Positions 44,342-56,298 of a stretch of 64,000 nucleotides of DNA are shown in pieces. This DNA is from Naegleria gruberi (lineage: Eukaryota), in assembly GCA_000004985.1 (NCBI GenBank), contig GG738905.1; one strand, 5' to 3'. Each line of letters starts with the position of its first letter. Within the stretch, counting starts at the first letter, position 1. The notes under the pieces were generated by a model. It had not been told where the DNA came from, did not search any database, and saw nothing but the letters and a program-made list of their open reading frames with translations. The position numbers and the translations under genes are program-made.

Positions 44342-45037
44342 ATGGATACAATTAAAAAACAAAGAATTCTCTCATTAAAACACAAAATTTCGGAACATCA
44401 ATTGGAGAGTTTGATGGTGAATGGAAAACCTTTTCCTTTTCCAACACTCAATTTGACAATAGCATTAAACAAACCAGAGTCCTATCTGTGCTCTACCCAG
44501 AGAGAAAGTTCCAATCACAAAATTATCTATGATTTATTGCCACCTGAATTCTTGAATAGAAATCCAACTTTGGGAAATGTTGGGAGATTGGATTTGGATA
44601 GTTGTGGATTATTGATAATGACACAAGATGGGGATTTACATCATAGAATTCTTTCGGCTGATGTGGAAAAAACCTATCTTGTAGAGTTTGTGCCTCCCAT
44701 TGAATCAGATGTGGAATTGAACCAAATGAAAGAGTTATTCTTTTCTGGAGATTTACAATTGAGAAGTGAGGATAGTACACTGAAACCAATAACTAATTTT
44801 GAATATATCAATCCTTCAACTATTTCTATATCTATTGTGGAGGGAAAATATCATCAGGGTAAGTATGGAGATTGAATAATTTGGTCAAATGACAGTTTCA
44901 AGTGAGAAGAATGTTTGCAGCTTGTTCAAAGAGAGTTGTTGGATTGAAAAGAATCAAGATTGGAGATTTGACTCTTGAAGGATTGAATATTGAAACATCT
45001 GGAGCTTGGTGCGTTCTTTCCAAAGAAGTTCTCTAAT
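44342..45037 (+). CDS. RsuA/RluB-type pseudouridine synthase without an S4 domain, 2 exons
   Basis: The catalytic motif LGNVGRLDLDSCGLLIMTQDGDLHHRIL is present. After a 44-bp intron (44859..44902, GTAAGT..CAAG) the reading continues HQ|VRRMFAACSKRVVGLKRIKIGDLTLEGL, which matches the conserved GKNRQIRRM...R..IG motif. Confidence 0.65.
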
Positions 45038-45262
45038 TCCTTCTCTAAAAAGTAGTTTATCTGAATGAAAGAATTCAATTTTGATATGAGTTTTCATCCT
45101 CTTCACTATCGCTTTCACTCCAACTAGATGCTTTAATATCTCCTTTGTATCGTTTTGAGTAAATAACAAGGATAGTCGTTCAAAGATTTGTTGAAACCTT
45201 TCACAGTCGACCTTTACATTACTTATCAAACAGTTGACAATACAGTGTAAGATAATCACTGA

Positions 45263-48200
45263 TTGACAAGTTACGGAATGATAAAAAAATACTCATCAAA
45301 TGCACTCTATTTCGCGAATGAAACTTTTAAAAACGATAGAGATGCAATATTAACAGCAGTAAAAGAAAATGAGTTTGTACTCCAATATGCTAATGAAACA
45401 TTGAAGAATGATAGAGAATTTATTTTGGAAGCTGTAAAGATAAATGGAAAAGTACTCCAATACGCGAAGGAAATATTTAAAAGTGATAGGGAAATTGTGT
45501 TGGAAGCTGTTAAAGATGATGGATTAGCACTTGAATATGCCAATGAAATTTTAAAACATGATAGAGAAATTGGATTGGAGGCCGTAAAAGAAAATGCCGA
45601 AGCATTTCTTTATGTAAATAACACATTGAAAAAAGATAGGGGACTTGTATTGAAAGTTGTTAAACAAAATGGAATATTACTTCAATATGCAAATGAATTA
45701 TTGAAAAAGGATAGAGAAATTGTGTTGGAAGCTGTTAAAGATGATGGATTAGCACTTGAATATGCCAATGAAACATTAAAACAAGATAGAGAAATATCTT
45801 TAGAGGCTTCAAAACAAGAATTTTATAGAGGAATTATTTTAGAATCTAATATAAGATATACACCGAATCTTTTTTACGCTTTTAATAATTATATCGAATT
45901 TAAAAATTTGAGAAACGATAGAAAATTTATATTAGAAGCTGTAAAACAAAATGGATTAGCTCTTGAATATGCTAATGAAATAATGAAAAGAGATAGAGAA
46001 ATTGTATTGAAAGCTATTCAAGAAAATGGATTAGCTCTTGAATATGCAAACGAGACATTGAAAAAAGATAGAGAAATTGTGTTGAAAGCTGTAAAACAAA
46101 ATGGATTAGCACTTGAATATGTTAATGAAATAATGAAAAAAGATAGAGAAATTGTATTGAAATCTGTTAAGAAAAATGGAAAGCCGTTTCAATATGCAAA
46201 AGATACTTTGAAAAATGATAGAAAATTTATTTTGGAAGCTGTTCAACACAATAGAGATATATTTTTATATGTAAATGCAATATTGAAAATGGACAGAGGG
46301 TTTATTTTGCAAGTAATCAAAAAAAATAGAGATGTGCTTGAGTGTGCCGATACGAGTTCAGTTTATTACGACACAACCTTAAGTTATTTACTTTGCAATG
46401 ATACAGTTCTGGTTTATTTACTTTCTAAACATAATCCAGAATTATCCAGAAAGTTTTCACCACAATTAACTCAGATTATTGATGAATCCAACAATCTAAA
46501 CGCCAAACTATCCAAAGATGTGATTGAACTATACTCAAAACAGCTCAACTCTGAAAATGATTTGTATTATTGTATTGAATTACCAAATGTAGAGCCAGAC
46601 AAATCGTTAACCCCGCATTGGTTCTCTTTCAAACCAACCTATTCAGTAGAATTTATTGAAAAATTGGTTATATTTCAAATATTGAAAAAAGTACAAGAAA
46701 TGGAACCATCAAATGATATTTTCAACGGTGAAACTACTAACTATAATTTCTTTTGTTTCAAGTTGGATAAACTTCTGGAAGAAACTTTAATTCAACCAAA
46801 AACTGTCAAAGATTTGAGGAATACTGTTGAGAGTATTTCATCTAAATTCGATACATCATTTTACTCCAAAAAGGAAATCAAGTGCATCAGGTATTTTTTC
46901 ATAACATGGACAGAAAGTGACAAATCTTTTACTGACTACAGGAGGATATTGTCAAGATATAACGAAAAACATGGTGATCTGTCAAAAATATTCAAAGCTC
47001 TCAATAGATACTACAAATATTTCAATAAGAATTACGACTTTATTTCAATATTAGGAAACGGTGCAGAAGGGGCTGTTTTCAAAGTATTACACAGAGAAAG
47101 TAGAACGTTGATGGCTATCAAATTCAAATATGAAGTAGAAGATAGCGAAGAATCAACAAATGAAATTATTAACTTATTGAAACGAACAGATATGTGTGGA
47201 AAGATAAAATGTTTTGATTGTGGAATGATTGAAAGACATTTATATTCAGTAATGGAATTGGGAGAAGAATCTCTATCAGATTATATTCAGGCAAATATTG
47301 AAGTTTATAGAAATTCATCCATGATGACTAAAGAGAAATTAATTGAAATCCTGCGAATATTTATGCAAATATTAGAATCTGTTCAGTCCATCCATGATCA
47401 CAACATTTTACATGGAGATTTAGATCCGCAAAATATTGTCAAAGTTGGAGATCAATACAAACTAATTGATTTTGAAACTTCCAAAGTAATCAAGACAGGA
47501 AATTCAATTACAATTGCTCGTGGAAAGTTTGCATACATGTCTCCTGAAGTTTCACATGATAATTACACTGATGACATGTTTAAAAGAAATAATGATTCTA
47601 AATTAGCTCATAACATTGGAAATATTACAATCTCATGTGATATTTTTTCATTGGGATGTATTTTATTGAAATTATTAACACATTGTCCATTACAATTAGA
47701 TGAGCACTTTGTTAATGATTCTGATTTATCAAAATATAAGGATAATTTCATTTATTTCACAACCTATGGAAAGTATTTCTATACGGTTGTAACAACAAGT
47801 GAAGGGGAAACCAAATTACACTATGCCATCGAACAACTGATCAACAAATCAATTGATACAAATTATGGAGTGAACAATATATTAATCAGATGTATTATTA
47901 CAATGATTCAAAGAGATTCTTCCAAAAGATTGTTTTGTTATTCATACAAAACAACTCTTGAGAATGTAATTAAATTTTTGAATGGAGAAATTGAAATATC
48001 AAACATTGAGATGGACATCAAGCAGTATAAGGAAATAAAATCCTTGATGAGTTACTCTCGACTTTTGGAAGAAATCAACAAAGTGAATCAGAGAAATGAT
48101 TTCTTGAATGAAAAAATTAAACATCTTGAAGATGAAAACAACAAATTAAATCAGGAAATCAACAAATTACATCAGAGAAATGACATATTGATGGAAAATA

Positions 48201-48280
48201 ACAAATTGAATCAGGAAAATACAGAATTGCAAGAGAAAATTAAAATATTAGAGGAACAAATTAGAAAACTCCACTTTTAA
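45263..48280 (+). CDS. DUF4116-type repeat protein fused to an atypical protein kinase domain and a C-terminal coiled coil
   Basis: Roughly 14 tandem repeats of ~30 aa of the form LxYAxExLKxDREIVLEAVKxNGxAL. A kinase domain follows: GNGAEGAVFKV...AIKF, a catalytic loop HGDLDPQNIVKV, DFE in place of DFG, and MSPE. A heptad-rich tail KLNQEINKLHQRND ends the protein. Confidence 0.55.
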   Translation: MTSYGMIKKYSSNALYFANETFKNDRDAILTAVKENEFVLQYANETLKNDREFILEAVKINGKVLQYAKEIFKSDREIVLEAVKDDGLALEYANEILKHDREIGLEAVKENAEAFLYVNNTLKKDRGLVLKVVKQNGILLQYANELLKKDREIVLEAVKDDGLALEYANETLKQDREISLEASKQEFYRGIILESNIRYTPNLFYAFNNYIEFKNLRNDRKFILEAVKQNGLALEYANEIMKRDREIVLKAIQENGLALEYANETLKKDREIVLKAVKQNGLALEYVNEIMKKDREIVLKSVKKNGKPFQYAKDTLKNDRKFILEAVQHNRDIFLYVNAILKMDRGFILQVIKKNRDVLECADTSSVYYDTTLSYLLCNDTVLVYLLSKHNPELSRKFSPQLTQIIDESNNLNAKLSKDVIELYSKQLNSENDLYYCIELPNVEPDKSLTPHWFSFKPTYSVEFIEKLVIFQILKKVQEMEPSNDIFNGETTNYNFFCFKLDKLLEETLIQPKTVKDLRNTVESISSKFDTSFYSKKEIKCIRYFFITWTESDKSFTDYRRILSRYNEKHGDLSKIFKALNRYYKYFNKNYDFISILGNGAEGAVFKVLHRESRTLMAIKFKYEVEDSEESTNEIINLLKRTDMCGKIKCFDCGMIERHLYSVMELGEESLSDYIQANIEVYRNSSMMTKEKLIEILRIFMQILESVQSIHDHNILHGDLDPQNIVKVGDQYKLIDFETSKVIKTGNSITIARGKFAYMSPEVSHDNYTDDMFKRNNDSKLAHNIGNITISCDIFSLGCILLKLLTHCPLQLDEHFVNDSDLSKYKDNFIYFTTYGKYFYTVVTTSEGETKLHYAIEQLINKSIDTNYGVNNILIRCIITMIQRDSSKRLFCYSYKTTLENVIKFLNGEIEISNIEMDIKQYKEIKSLMSYSRLLEEINKVNQRNDFLNEKIKHLEDENNKLNQEINKLHQRNDILMENNKLNQENTELQEKIKILEEQIRKLHF

Positions 48281-48388
48281 TCATCAATAAATAGTTCCTT
48301 TTAAGTTTTGTATCTATTTACAACAAAAGTTGCTATGTATTTTCATCCCGATAACAACATCAATATACATTGATATCAGTTATTGTAT

Positions 48389-48461
48389 TCCCCCTTAGCT
48401 CAGTCGGTAGAGCGTCAGACTGTTAATCTGCAGGTCGGTGGTTCGAGCCCACCAGGGGGAG
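48389..48461 (+). tRNA. tRNA-Asn (anticodon GUU)
   Basis: TCCCCCTTAGCTCAGTCGGTAGAGCGTCAGACTGTTAATCTGCAGGTCGGTGGTTCGAGCCCACCAGGGGGAG, followed by T5. Confidence 0.85.
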
Positions 48462-48505
48462 ATATCTTTTTCGTTTTCAAATATGAGACAGAACTATTTT
48501 AAAAA

Positions 48506-48585
48506 GACTACAGCACCACAGGTTCCCAAGTTGTCTCCAACCTCAGTACTGATGTGGCTCGACGATGCTTAACTTCTAAATCGGG
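48506..48585 (-). ncRNA. 5S rRNA-related sequence, 5'-truncated copy B
   Basis: Nearly identical to 5580..5664 over ~85 nt. Homology to copy A and to 5S begins at the same point (CCCGATTT.AGAAGTTAAGCA). It lies 45 bp downstream of tRNA-Asn on the opposite strand. Confidence 0.55.
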
Positions 48586-48693
48586 AGGAGTTATCTTTTA
48601 GTACAGTTTTCTTGATTAAGAATTTTTGAAGCTGACAAGTTTATCTTTACCTTTGCACAAGTATCAATTAAGACCAAAAAGCTGTCAAAAAAA

Positions 48694-50360
48694 ATGTCAC
48701 AAATTACAACCCTGTGCCATCTCCACGAAGATGCTTGGCTTACAGTATTGCAGTTTTTAAGTTTGGATGATTTATTAGTGAAAGAAAAACTATTTGGAAT
48801 TTCTACTCGTGTATTTTCATCATTAATTGGATGCGAAATTCAAGAACACACAATCAACAATTCATGCAGTCATGATGGTGGTTTATTCTATAGGGTATTG
48901 AATGAAAAATTAATTGTCAAAAAATTAGAAAATTGCATGAAAAGAATTGGTCGACCATTCCATATTTATGGCTCAGATGACTACGATGAAGAAACAAACA
49001 CACATGATCTTGGTTCTCTACTTGAAACCCTAGCAGAGCTTAGAAGAAATAATACCAGAGGTAGGGTTCGTCGTCAGTATTACACGAGGAGCCGTGTCAA
49101 TGTTCAGCATGTGGAACATCCATGAGCAAATTGAGAGGTGAATTGAAAAGACTGATTGAAATTTGTTATGAACAATTTCCACATATTTATCAGGAAAAGA
49201 AATTAGAAATTGATAATTCACTTCGTAGATCAATCAGAGTTTGTATCCCAATGAATATTTCACCATTATCAAATGAATGCCAAGAGGAAGGTATTTTATA
49301 TATTGATAATTCTCAACTCAGGAAAAACAACCCATCAATTTGGAACCAAACAAAGAGAGAACAATCCATCACTTTTGAATTGAAACCCCCTAAATTGAAA
49401 TATGTCAAATGGAGAACACAATGGCGTCATTTGTATAGAAATTATCTTCTCCATGAATTGGAATATTATGTCTCTAAGCTTCAAACAATATACAGACACC
49501 TAATTACGTATAGACCTTGTTTAAAATGGGATCCTACCTATTACTCACAAACATTAGATGTTATCTATGATATTCTTCGTAACTTTAGTGAGGAATTCCA
49601 AATCAAATTCCTTACCGAGAGATCGTTCGTTTTGAAGAAATCTAAAATTAAACATGGACATGTCAGGATAGTAACTGATATAGATAGAAGTCAATGTAAA
49701 AATTTGGATTTCATTAGCCACTCCACTATTGGATTAGTTAAACTTTACAAATATTATTCCCTGCTAAGTGAAACCCCTGGTTTTAAAGAAATAATGATAC
49801 AACAAATAGACAAAAACATGGCAATCTATACCAAATATTTTGAGAATGATTTATGTAGAGAGATCAATCCTAGAAAAACCATTTATCACTATTTATTTCT
49901 GTCATCAGAACTAGTGTTGATAGAGAAGCATTTCACACCAAAAGTAATCGACTGTATGAGGAAATCTTCTAAGCCTGTTCAAACAACAGCAGTACTATTA
50001 TGTATTCTAGCTTCATTTCCATTTCCAAATTTTGAAATGTTAAATACCTTGTCCTTTTCATTATATTACAACAATCCTAAAACAGACAGACCAGACTCTT
50101 TATTGGATGCACTGCTAAGTGTTGTCGAGCTGCAATTTGGTACTTACAAAATTACTCTTCTAGAAGACTGGTTCAATTTCTTTATTAATTATTTTGGAAA
50201 ACAGGAAATGATTAATGCATTTCAAAAATCAAAACACTTGGAAACTTTTATGCTTTATGGACAAGAGAGATATGTATCACTTGCAAAAACACTATTTGGA
50301 GATACTATCAACGTATCTAATATCGTTTCCAGTAAGCCCTACCAGATTCCAGATTTCTAA
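48694..50360 (+). CDS. F-box-like protein, 2 exons joined across a 47-bp intron
   Basis: Exon 1 (48694..49060) contains WLTVLQFLSLDDLLVKEKLFGISTRVF. Removing 49061..49107 (GTAGGG...TGTTCAG) joins it in frame to ORF 49122..50360: ...RRNNTR|ACGTSMSKLRGELKRLIE... Confidence 0.45.
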
Positions 50361-50857
50361 TTTGCTCTTGATGGAAATTTGTAAATCAAGCATTTTGCTA
50401 TTATTTACAATAACAACCCAATTGTCAACTCTCCATTGTAATGTCTCAGAAGTATAATAGTGCAGATGAACCCACAGCAAACAACTTGATGTGGAAGAGA
50501 TATGCCCAACAAGGGTTTTACTCTTGACAAAAACCCTAAAATCCTTAATATGCCCCTTCCACAGCACACCACCATATCAGGCCCAACCAACAACAGAAAT
50601 CTACTTTACAAAACCTCAATGTATTTTACAGCTTTAGGAATCATCTGTGTGGATTCCGATATTAAAAAAAATTAAGAAGGCGTGTTTATTTCCCCTTATG
50701 TTGTCTTAGACTAGAGGAATGCCTTTTACAACCGCAGATTTTTGAAGTGACTTTCGTGGACATCTTTTATATTTGGCGAAATAGCGAAAAGAATATAAAA
50801 GGATACATTGGTTCTTCGTAAAATATTAAAATTAACAAAAAAAATTACTCCATCACA

Positions 50858-51145
50858 ATGAAACTCATTACTAGCATCATCAAATCATCTCGTGCTCTCT
50901 CCTTCCATACAAACAAACAATTCTCATACCATACATGTGCTGCATTGTTGAAGGCTGATCCAAAAGCACCAAAGGCACCAGAAACCGACGATAAGAAGGA
51001 AAAGATTAATTTCAGTTTTGATATTGTCGAGGAAGATCAAATTAAAAAGGATGACTGGTTTATGAGCGAAAAGGACGCTGCTCAAAACTTTGTCGAAGAA
51101 GAAGATTTTAGAACAAAGAAGACTTTCCTCAACCCATCCAGTTAA
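50858..51145 (+). CDS. small hypothetical protein with an N-terminal mitochondrial-presequence-like segment
   Basis: MKLITSIIKSSRALSFHTNKQFSYHT is followed by a charged 60-aa tail. There is no homology signal. Confidence 0.25.
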   Translation: MKLITSIIKSSRALSFHTNKQFSYHTCAALLKADPKAPKAPETDDKKEKINFSFDIVEEDQIKKDDWFMSEKDAAQNFVEEEDFRTKKTFLNPSS

Positions 51146-51563
51146 ATTCCATTCCGAATTTAATTATTCATACAACACAACTAATTTAATTTTTCCATCA
51201 ATCCCTCACTCCTTTTCAAACAAACTACCACAATAATGTAAATCAAAATGTATTATTTCTTGTAATAAACTAATAACTGCTGGCTGTATAATAATCTTCC
51301 ATTTCAAAACGCGAGAAAATGAAGGTTGCAAATTTCACCTTTATGAGATTTGAATTAAAAAATCAATTGATAATATCTAAAAACATCTCATTGGCATGAA
51401 ACAACCACACTCATCGGAACCAACAGTGAATACTTTCAATATTAAAACCAATCCAAAGCCTTCATCTTTCCATCAGCAACTGATGATTCACCATGGCGAA
51501 TTAGCTAATTATGGAAGGGAAACCAAGCCTTCTTCTTTCATCTAAAAGAAAAATGAGCAAAGA

Positions 51564-53141
51564 ATGATAGGCTCATCATCAGTTCTACTTCGTCGTCTTG
51601 CCAGACGTAAAAGAGTTGGAGGTGCCAAGTATTACACCAATACAACAGATGAAGAGGAAATGATAGATCATGGAAATGATATTTCAACAGTTGGAACTCA
51701 TCATCCTATGGTAAGATATTTAGAAAGTGATGAGGAAGGAGAAGCAATGCCTCTCATTTCAACTACAACAACCAATGGTGGAGAGAAGGCACTTTCACCA
51801 ATAGGAGTTGGAAGTACAATTGATGATGCACTCGAGTATTTATTTCATAAAACACCAAATAATATTCCTAAAAAGAAGAGTGGAGCAACACTATCAAGAA
51901 AGGAGTCGGATGTAATTTCTCAAGTTTCAGGAACTAGATTTATGTACTTTTCATTGGCCAACGAAGAGAGAAGATTATTCTCATCTGCTTTTGATGTTAT
52001 TCAATTTTTGAAAAGTGAGAGTGGACATTTTGATAGTGTGGAAAATGATGAAGCAAAACCTTTCTGGTTGGATTGCCAACTTTCTCCCAACGAAGATGTA
52101 GACAAATTGAGGAGCTACTTTAAATTTGAACCAACCACAGCAGAGAATTGTTATTGTGATCACTTTGAAGTTTCGGAAAAGTGGGAATATTTTGATAATT
52201 ATTTCTTTTGTGCCACGAGTGTTAGAGTGAAAGAAGTAAAACAACAATCGAATAATGAAAAGTCAGCTCCAAGTATCAAGAAATATTTCTGGCAACAGGA
52301 ACCTGAAATAATCAGAAAACCAAAACCTAATTTATTTCCCCATATTTATTTGTCTATACTTTTATTCGAGAATTGTATAATTACATTCCATGAGAAACCC
52401 TTTATTGGATTTGATATTGCTCTTGCCCATTTGGAGAGAAAGTATGCTAGAATGACTGGAAGAGTGAAATATGTGAGAAGTCAAGATAATCTGAGTGCAA
52501 TATCCTCGGCCTCTAGTTTGGAATATTCACTTGCAGCATCTCCTTCTTTTGTTTTTCACAACTTGATGGATTCCATTGTTGAGAAACTTATTCCAACAGT
52601 TGATGGTATTACAAAGTCGTGTGACATGATTGATGAGTTTGCTCTATCATTTTCCAGCTCATATCAAGGTAATTCAGTGGTTGAGGATATTGCAGATCTC
52701 AAACGTAAAATTGTGGTTCTAAGAAAACTGATAGTGCCAAAACAGAGAATGTTCGTCTATTTGGTTTCACATTATCTTACTGCATCTTATTTTGCTGAGG
52801 ATGTTAGAATTTATATGAGAGACGTTTTGGATCATTTGACATATTCTTGTGACAAGTTGGAAATGGCTGTTGATGCTCTCTCTGAATCCCATACCAATTA
52901 CTTGACCAAGTTGCAAATTGAAATGGCACAAGCATCATCCATAACAGACAAATTCATGAATAGATTGAGTTCCATGGCTATGATTTACGCACCCTTAACA
53001 TTAATTGGCACTGTATGGGGTATGAATTGTCAAGTTCCGGGACAGAATGAGGATTCGTTGTATTGGTTCTTTGGTATATGTGGGTTTATGGTTCTGCTTG
53101 TTGTTGTCATTGTCATTCTATTAAGGAAGAAAATATTGTAA
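51564..53141 (+). CDS. CorA/Mrs2/Alr1-family Mg2+ transporter
   Basis: Two C-terminal TM helices are separated by the signature GMN (MAMIYAPLTLIGTVWGMNCQVPG ... FFGICGFMVLLVVVIVILL). A long soluble N-terminal domain precedes them. Confidence 0.7.
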   Translation: MIGSSSVLLRRLARRKRVGGAKYYTNTTDEEEMIDHGNDISTVGTHHPMVRYLESDEEGEAMPLISTTTTNGGEKALSPIGVGSTIDDALEYLFHKTPNNIPKKKSGATLSRKESDVISQVSGTRFMYFSLANEERRLFSSAFDVIQFLKSESGHFDSVENDEAKPFWLDCQLSPNEDVDKLRSYFKFEPTTAENCYCDHFEVSEKWEYFDNYFFCATSVRVKEVKQQSNNEKSAPSIKKYFWQQEPEIIRKPKPNLFPHIYLSILLFENCIITFHEKPFIGFDIALAHLERKYARMTGRVKYVRSQDNLSAISSASSLEYSLAASPSFVFHNLMDSIVEKLIPTVDGITKSCDMIDEFALSFSSSYQGNSVVEDIADLKRKIVVLRKLIVPKQRMFVYLVSHYLTASYFAEDVRIYMRDVLDHLTYSCDKLEMAVDALSESHTNYLTKLQIEMAQASSITDKFMNRLSSMAMIYAPLTLIGTVWGMNCQVPGQNEDSLYWFFGICGFMVLLVVVIVILLRKKIL

Positions 53142-53996
53142 AATAATATCAATTTTATTTATCAAGACACTAAATTAAAGTGAATGCAGAAATTGTAGAA
53201 ATATCACCAAAAAAACTGATTTCACAATCAACAACAAATTCTCTGATAGATGATGCACCAACAGAGATGTTGTGCAAATGCTTTTCCTTCATATGTAGAG
53301 AGGCGATCAATGTCTTGTGATTGAGTAAGAATATTTATTAGAGATGAGAATAATCCTATACCCAAATCTAACAAACAGGAAATGGAAAATCAAGTTGGAA
53401 GTAAAGTAATTATCAACAACCAAAGACTTGTAATGGCTTTCATGTTATGATTGGAATTGAATCATTATCAAGGACACATATCCAAAATTAGGTAAAGTAA
53501 CATATTATTGAAATAATTACCACAGGTGTTTGGTGTATTTATTTCTACGAGTTGCATAACCCCTCTTTCCAGAACAACCTCTATAGCAATACAACTCGTT
53601 AAAATCTGCCTTTCTGTTAAATGAATTATTAATAGTAAATTCCTTCACACAAACTACATTCTCTACTTGGTTTACAATAGCAAAAATCAATCTGTACAAC
53701 CAATTACAAAAGAATAATGAACAGCACACATAGAATGGGATTGAATAAAAGAATGACCATTTGACTTCATCTCTCCTAACCAACAAGTATGTTGAAAAGT
53801 TTGGTATTTCCCACTTTTCTTCATAATAATGTGAAGTTCCCTTATCAATCTTAACCACTGTATTTCTGGAACGATCAATTTTCGATTGAGTTTCTCTATC
53901 TGATGCAAAGAAGAATGAATCACATTTTAGAGCTAAGGTTTGTTTTTTAACACTAAGTTGAGTTACTTGGTAAACTTTTAATAAAAATTGTAAAAC

Positions 53997-54572
53997 TTAC
54001 TTTGGATATTTGGTCCAATCAGTACATGTGTGATAACTAAGATGTTGCTTCCTTTCATCCACTAGCTCTTTATGTGATTGAGTATGTTCTCCATTAGAAT
54101 CTGACCATGAATCTGAAAAATTCGAATAACATTTAATATGGAAAGATATTGAAGGAGAACTATTCTTTAAACCCTCATAGATAGTTCCAATATTCTCCAT
54201 TCTCTTATTTTTTAAAAATTGAATACTATCACAAGAAAATGAAATCACCAAATATAGTAATATTGCAACACATAACGAAGAACACAACAAACCTCTCGGA
54301 ATGTCATGATTAAAGTTGCTATTCTTTGGATAAATAACCACTTCACAAATAACAATAACAATGGCATTAGCCACAATGAAAAGTGACAGCAAAAAAGATG
54401 CAACAATACTTGACAGAAATCTTTGATAAATCAAAAGCAAAAATTTCTTCCATGAATAATCTGATATCTTTGCTCGAAAATATTTCTCATATGGGTGTGC
54501 AGTTGTGTTCTGGAGAGAATAATAATCAGAGTTTGATATTTCATTGAGTTCGTAATATTGATGTGTTGACAT
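53997..54572 (-). CDS. hypothetical multi-pass membrane protein; probably continues downstream in 53517..53923 after a GTAAGT intron
   Basis: Two to three hydrophobic helices. The ORF ends at a GTAAGT 5' site at 53996, and both downstream minus-strand frames stay open after a CAG at ~53895. The second exon frame is unresolved. Confidence 0.3.
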   Translation of the reverse strand: MSTHQYYELNEISNSDYYSLQNTTAHPYEKYFRAKISDYSWKKFLLLIYQRFLSSIVASFLLSLFIVANAIVIVICEVVIYPKNSNFNHDIPRGLLCSSLCVAILLYLVISFSCDSIQFLKNKRMENIGTIYEGLKNSSPSISFHIKCYSNFSDSWSDSNGEHTQSHKELVDERKQHLSYHTCTDWTKYPK

Positions 54573-55450
54573 TTTTTTTGATTAGTAGCAGGTTGGAGTA
54601 ATGAACAATGTTTTTCACACAATGAGAATGTTTGTATTGGAAGGTTATGTTGGATTGAAAAGTCGATTACAATACTTGAAAAAGGTTGATTTTACAAGAT
54701 CATCGCACACTCGTAACAGATATGGAAATACAAATAATTGCATTAATTGTGAACATAGTACATGTGGTGTAACAGTGAATGCAATGTAAGGGAAATTCTG
54801 GAGTGTGGTTGGATTGCAATTGGTCCAAATCTAGAAAGCTTTCCAAAGATTCCACAATTTCATTAATTTTCTTCCCAATCATTATAATAACATTATTGCC
54901 AATAATATGGATCTGAAGTAAATGATGATGATATTAATTCAATGAATCCATTTTCTATTGGATTTTGTCATAGTGATAGAGGTTTCTTTAAATATTGAAG
55001 GGGTTTGCTTAATTAAATGCAATAATAATAATAATCTACTTCAGGTTTTATTGAACCGAATGTAAACTTTTCAAGCAAACATTGCCAAGGATTCCTCTGC
55101 TTTTTCTTCTTGTTCTGATAATTCTATTTGAATCCACCTTTGTTCGTTTGGCATTATCCTCGAAACGTTGTTAATGTTTTTAAATTCATATTTTTAAAAT
55201 TCTTAAATCTTTGAATTGTTGCAATGTATTTTAATTTTATAAAAATGGAAGTTTATGAAATTTCTTAATAAAGTGTTTAAAATTGAAGTTATTTTTATGG
55301 ATTTTATTGTGGATTTGTTTTTATTGGGCATCTGTCAAAAAAGATAATATGTTTTTAGCAATTTTTCACTCTAAAAATGTCAAGTCCAAAAATAGTCAAA
55401 AATTTAAAACGACATTTTTGGCAATAGTTTAGTTTCGAATAAATACAACC

Positions 55451-55780
55451 ATGAAAACAGTTCTCAAATCCAACAACAAAAAAACAACACAACAACTAAA
55501 TACAAAACTAAACATGTCTGCTCACAAAATTGGTTTCCAATATTTCATCTACAAGCCTTATGTTTGGATGACTGGATTGGCCTTGCTCAGCACTGGATCA
55601 TACTTTAATTTACAATGGCAAACTAATCAACAAGGAAAAGCTTTCCAAGATGCTCGTCCATCAGTAGAAACTCTTGCTTTCGAATCAAAGTTTAGTTTCA
55701 GACCAGGCGACCAAAAAGATGCTCTGACTCAAATCGATTTTTCACCAATTTCTCACTCTAATTGGGTTAAGAAAGAATAA
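55451..55780 (+). CDS. small hypothetical single-TM protein
   Basis: 109 aa with one hydrophobic helix (VWMTGLALLSTGSYF). Confidence 0.2.
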   Translation: MKTVLKSNNKKTTQQLNTKLNMSAHKIGFQYFIYKPYVWMTGLALLSTGSYFNLQWQTNQQGKAFQDARPSVETLAFESKFSFRPGDQKDALTQIDFSPISHSNWVKKE

Positions 55781-55873
55781 TTCTGAACTATTCTACTTGA
55801 TTTTCTAACTAATGTAAATAAAACTCTAAATTCTCAATATTCTAGTTCGCAAGTTGAAAAAAGGTAAACAAAT

Positions 55874-56281
55874 TTATTGTTTATCTAGAATTGGTTTACC
55901 TTGTTTCAGTTCGTAATATTTGTAATCTACACTGTTGGAAAAATATTGAATTGGAAGAGATGAATTTTCCTCTTCAGAATTCAATTTCTTCTGTTCTAGG
56001 AGGTAATAATTGTCGAATAGTTCACATTCATTATCCAAGAGGATGGAAGCAATCAAAGTAATTTGATTTGGAACTAGACCATGTCTGTAATATAAGCGTT
56101 TGAGAATACCATGTGTTTCAGCTAACCGAGAAAGGAATAGTTCTTCCTCTTCAGTTCTTTCAGATGGGCTTTTTTTGCTAATAAATTTGAATGCTTTTAC
56201 AATTTCTACCTGAACATGTAAAGGAATATCCTGTGAATGATGAGATAATTGGTGAGACATATCTGACAAATGTTGATCCAT
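55874..56281 (-). CDS. hypothetical protein; possibly the 3' part of the upstream PH-domain gene
   Basis: It starts 17 bp after the stop of ORF 56299..57555 on the same strand. No intron of plausible size fits between them. Confidence 0.25.
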   Translation of the reverse strand: MDQHLSDMSHQLSHHSQDIPLHVQVEIVKAFKFISKKSPSERTEEEELFLSRLAETHGILKRLYYRHGLVPNQITLIASILLDNECELFDNYYLLEQKKLNSEEENSSLPIQYFSNSVDYKYYELKQGKPILDKQ

Positions 56282-56298
56282 GGCAAAAGTAAGATTTT

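Noticed and set aside
45307-45543. 78-aa minus-strand ORF inside the DUF4116 repeat region
   Set aside because: It is antisense to a strongly supported repeat-containing coding region, and its periodic composition simply reflects the repeats.
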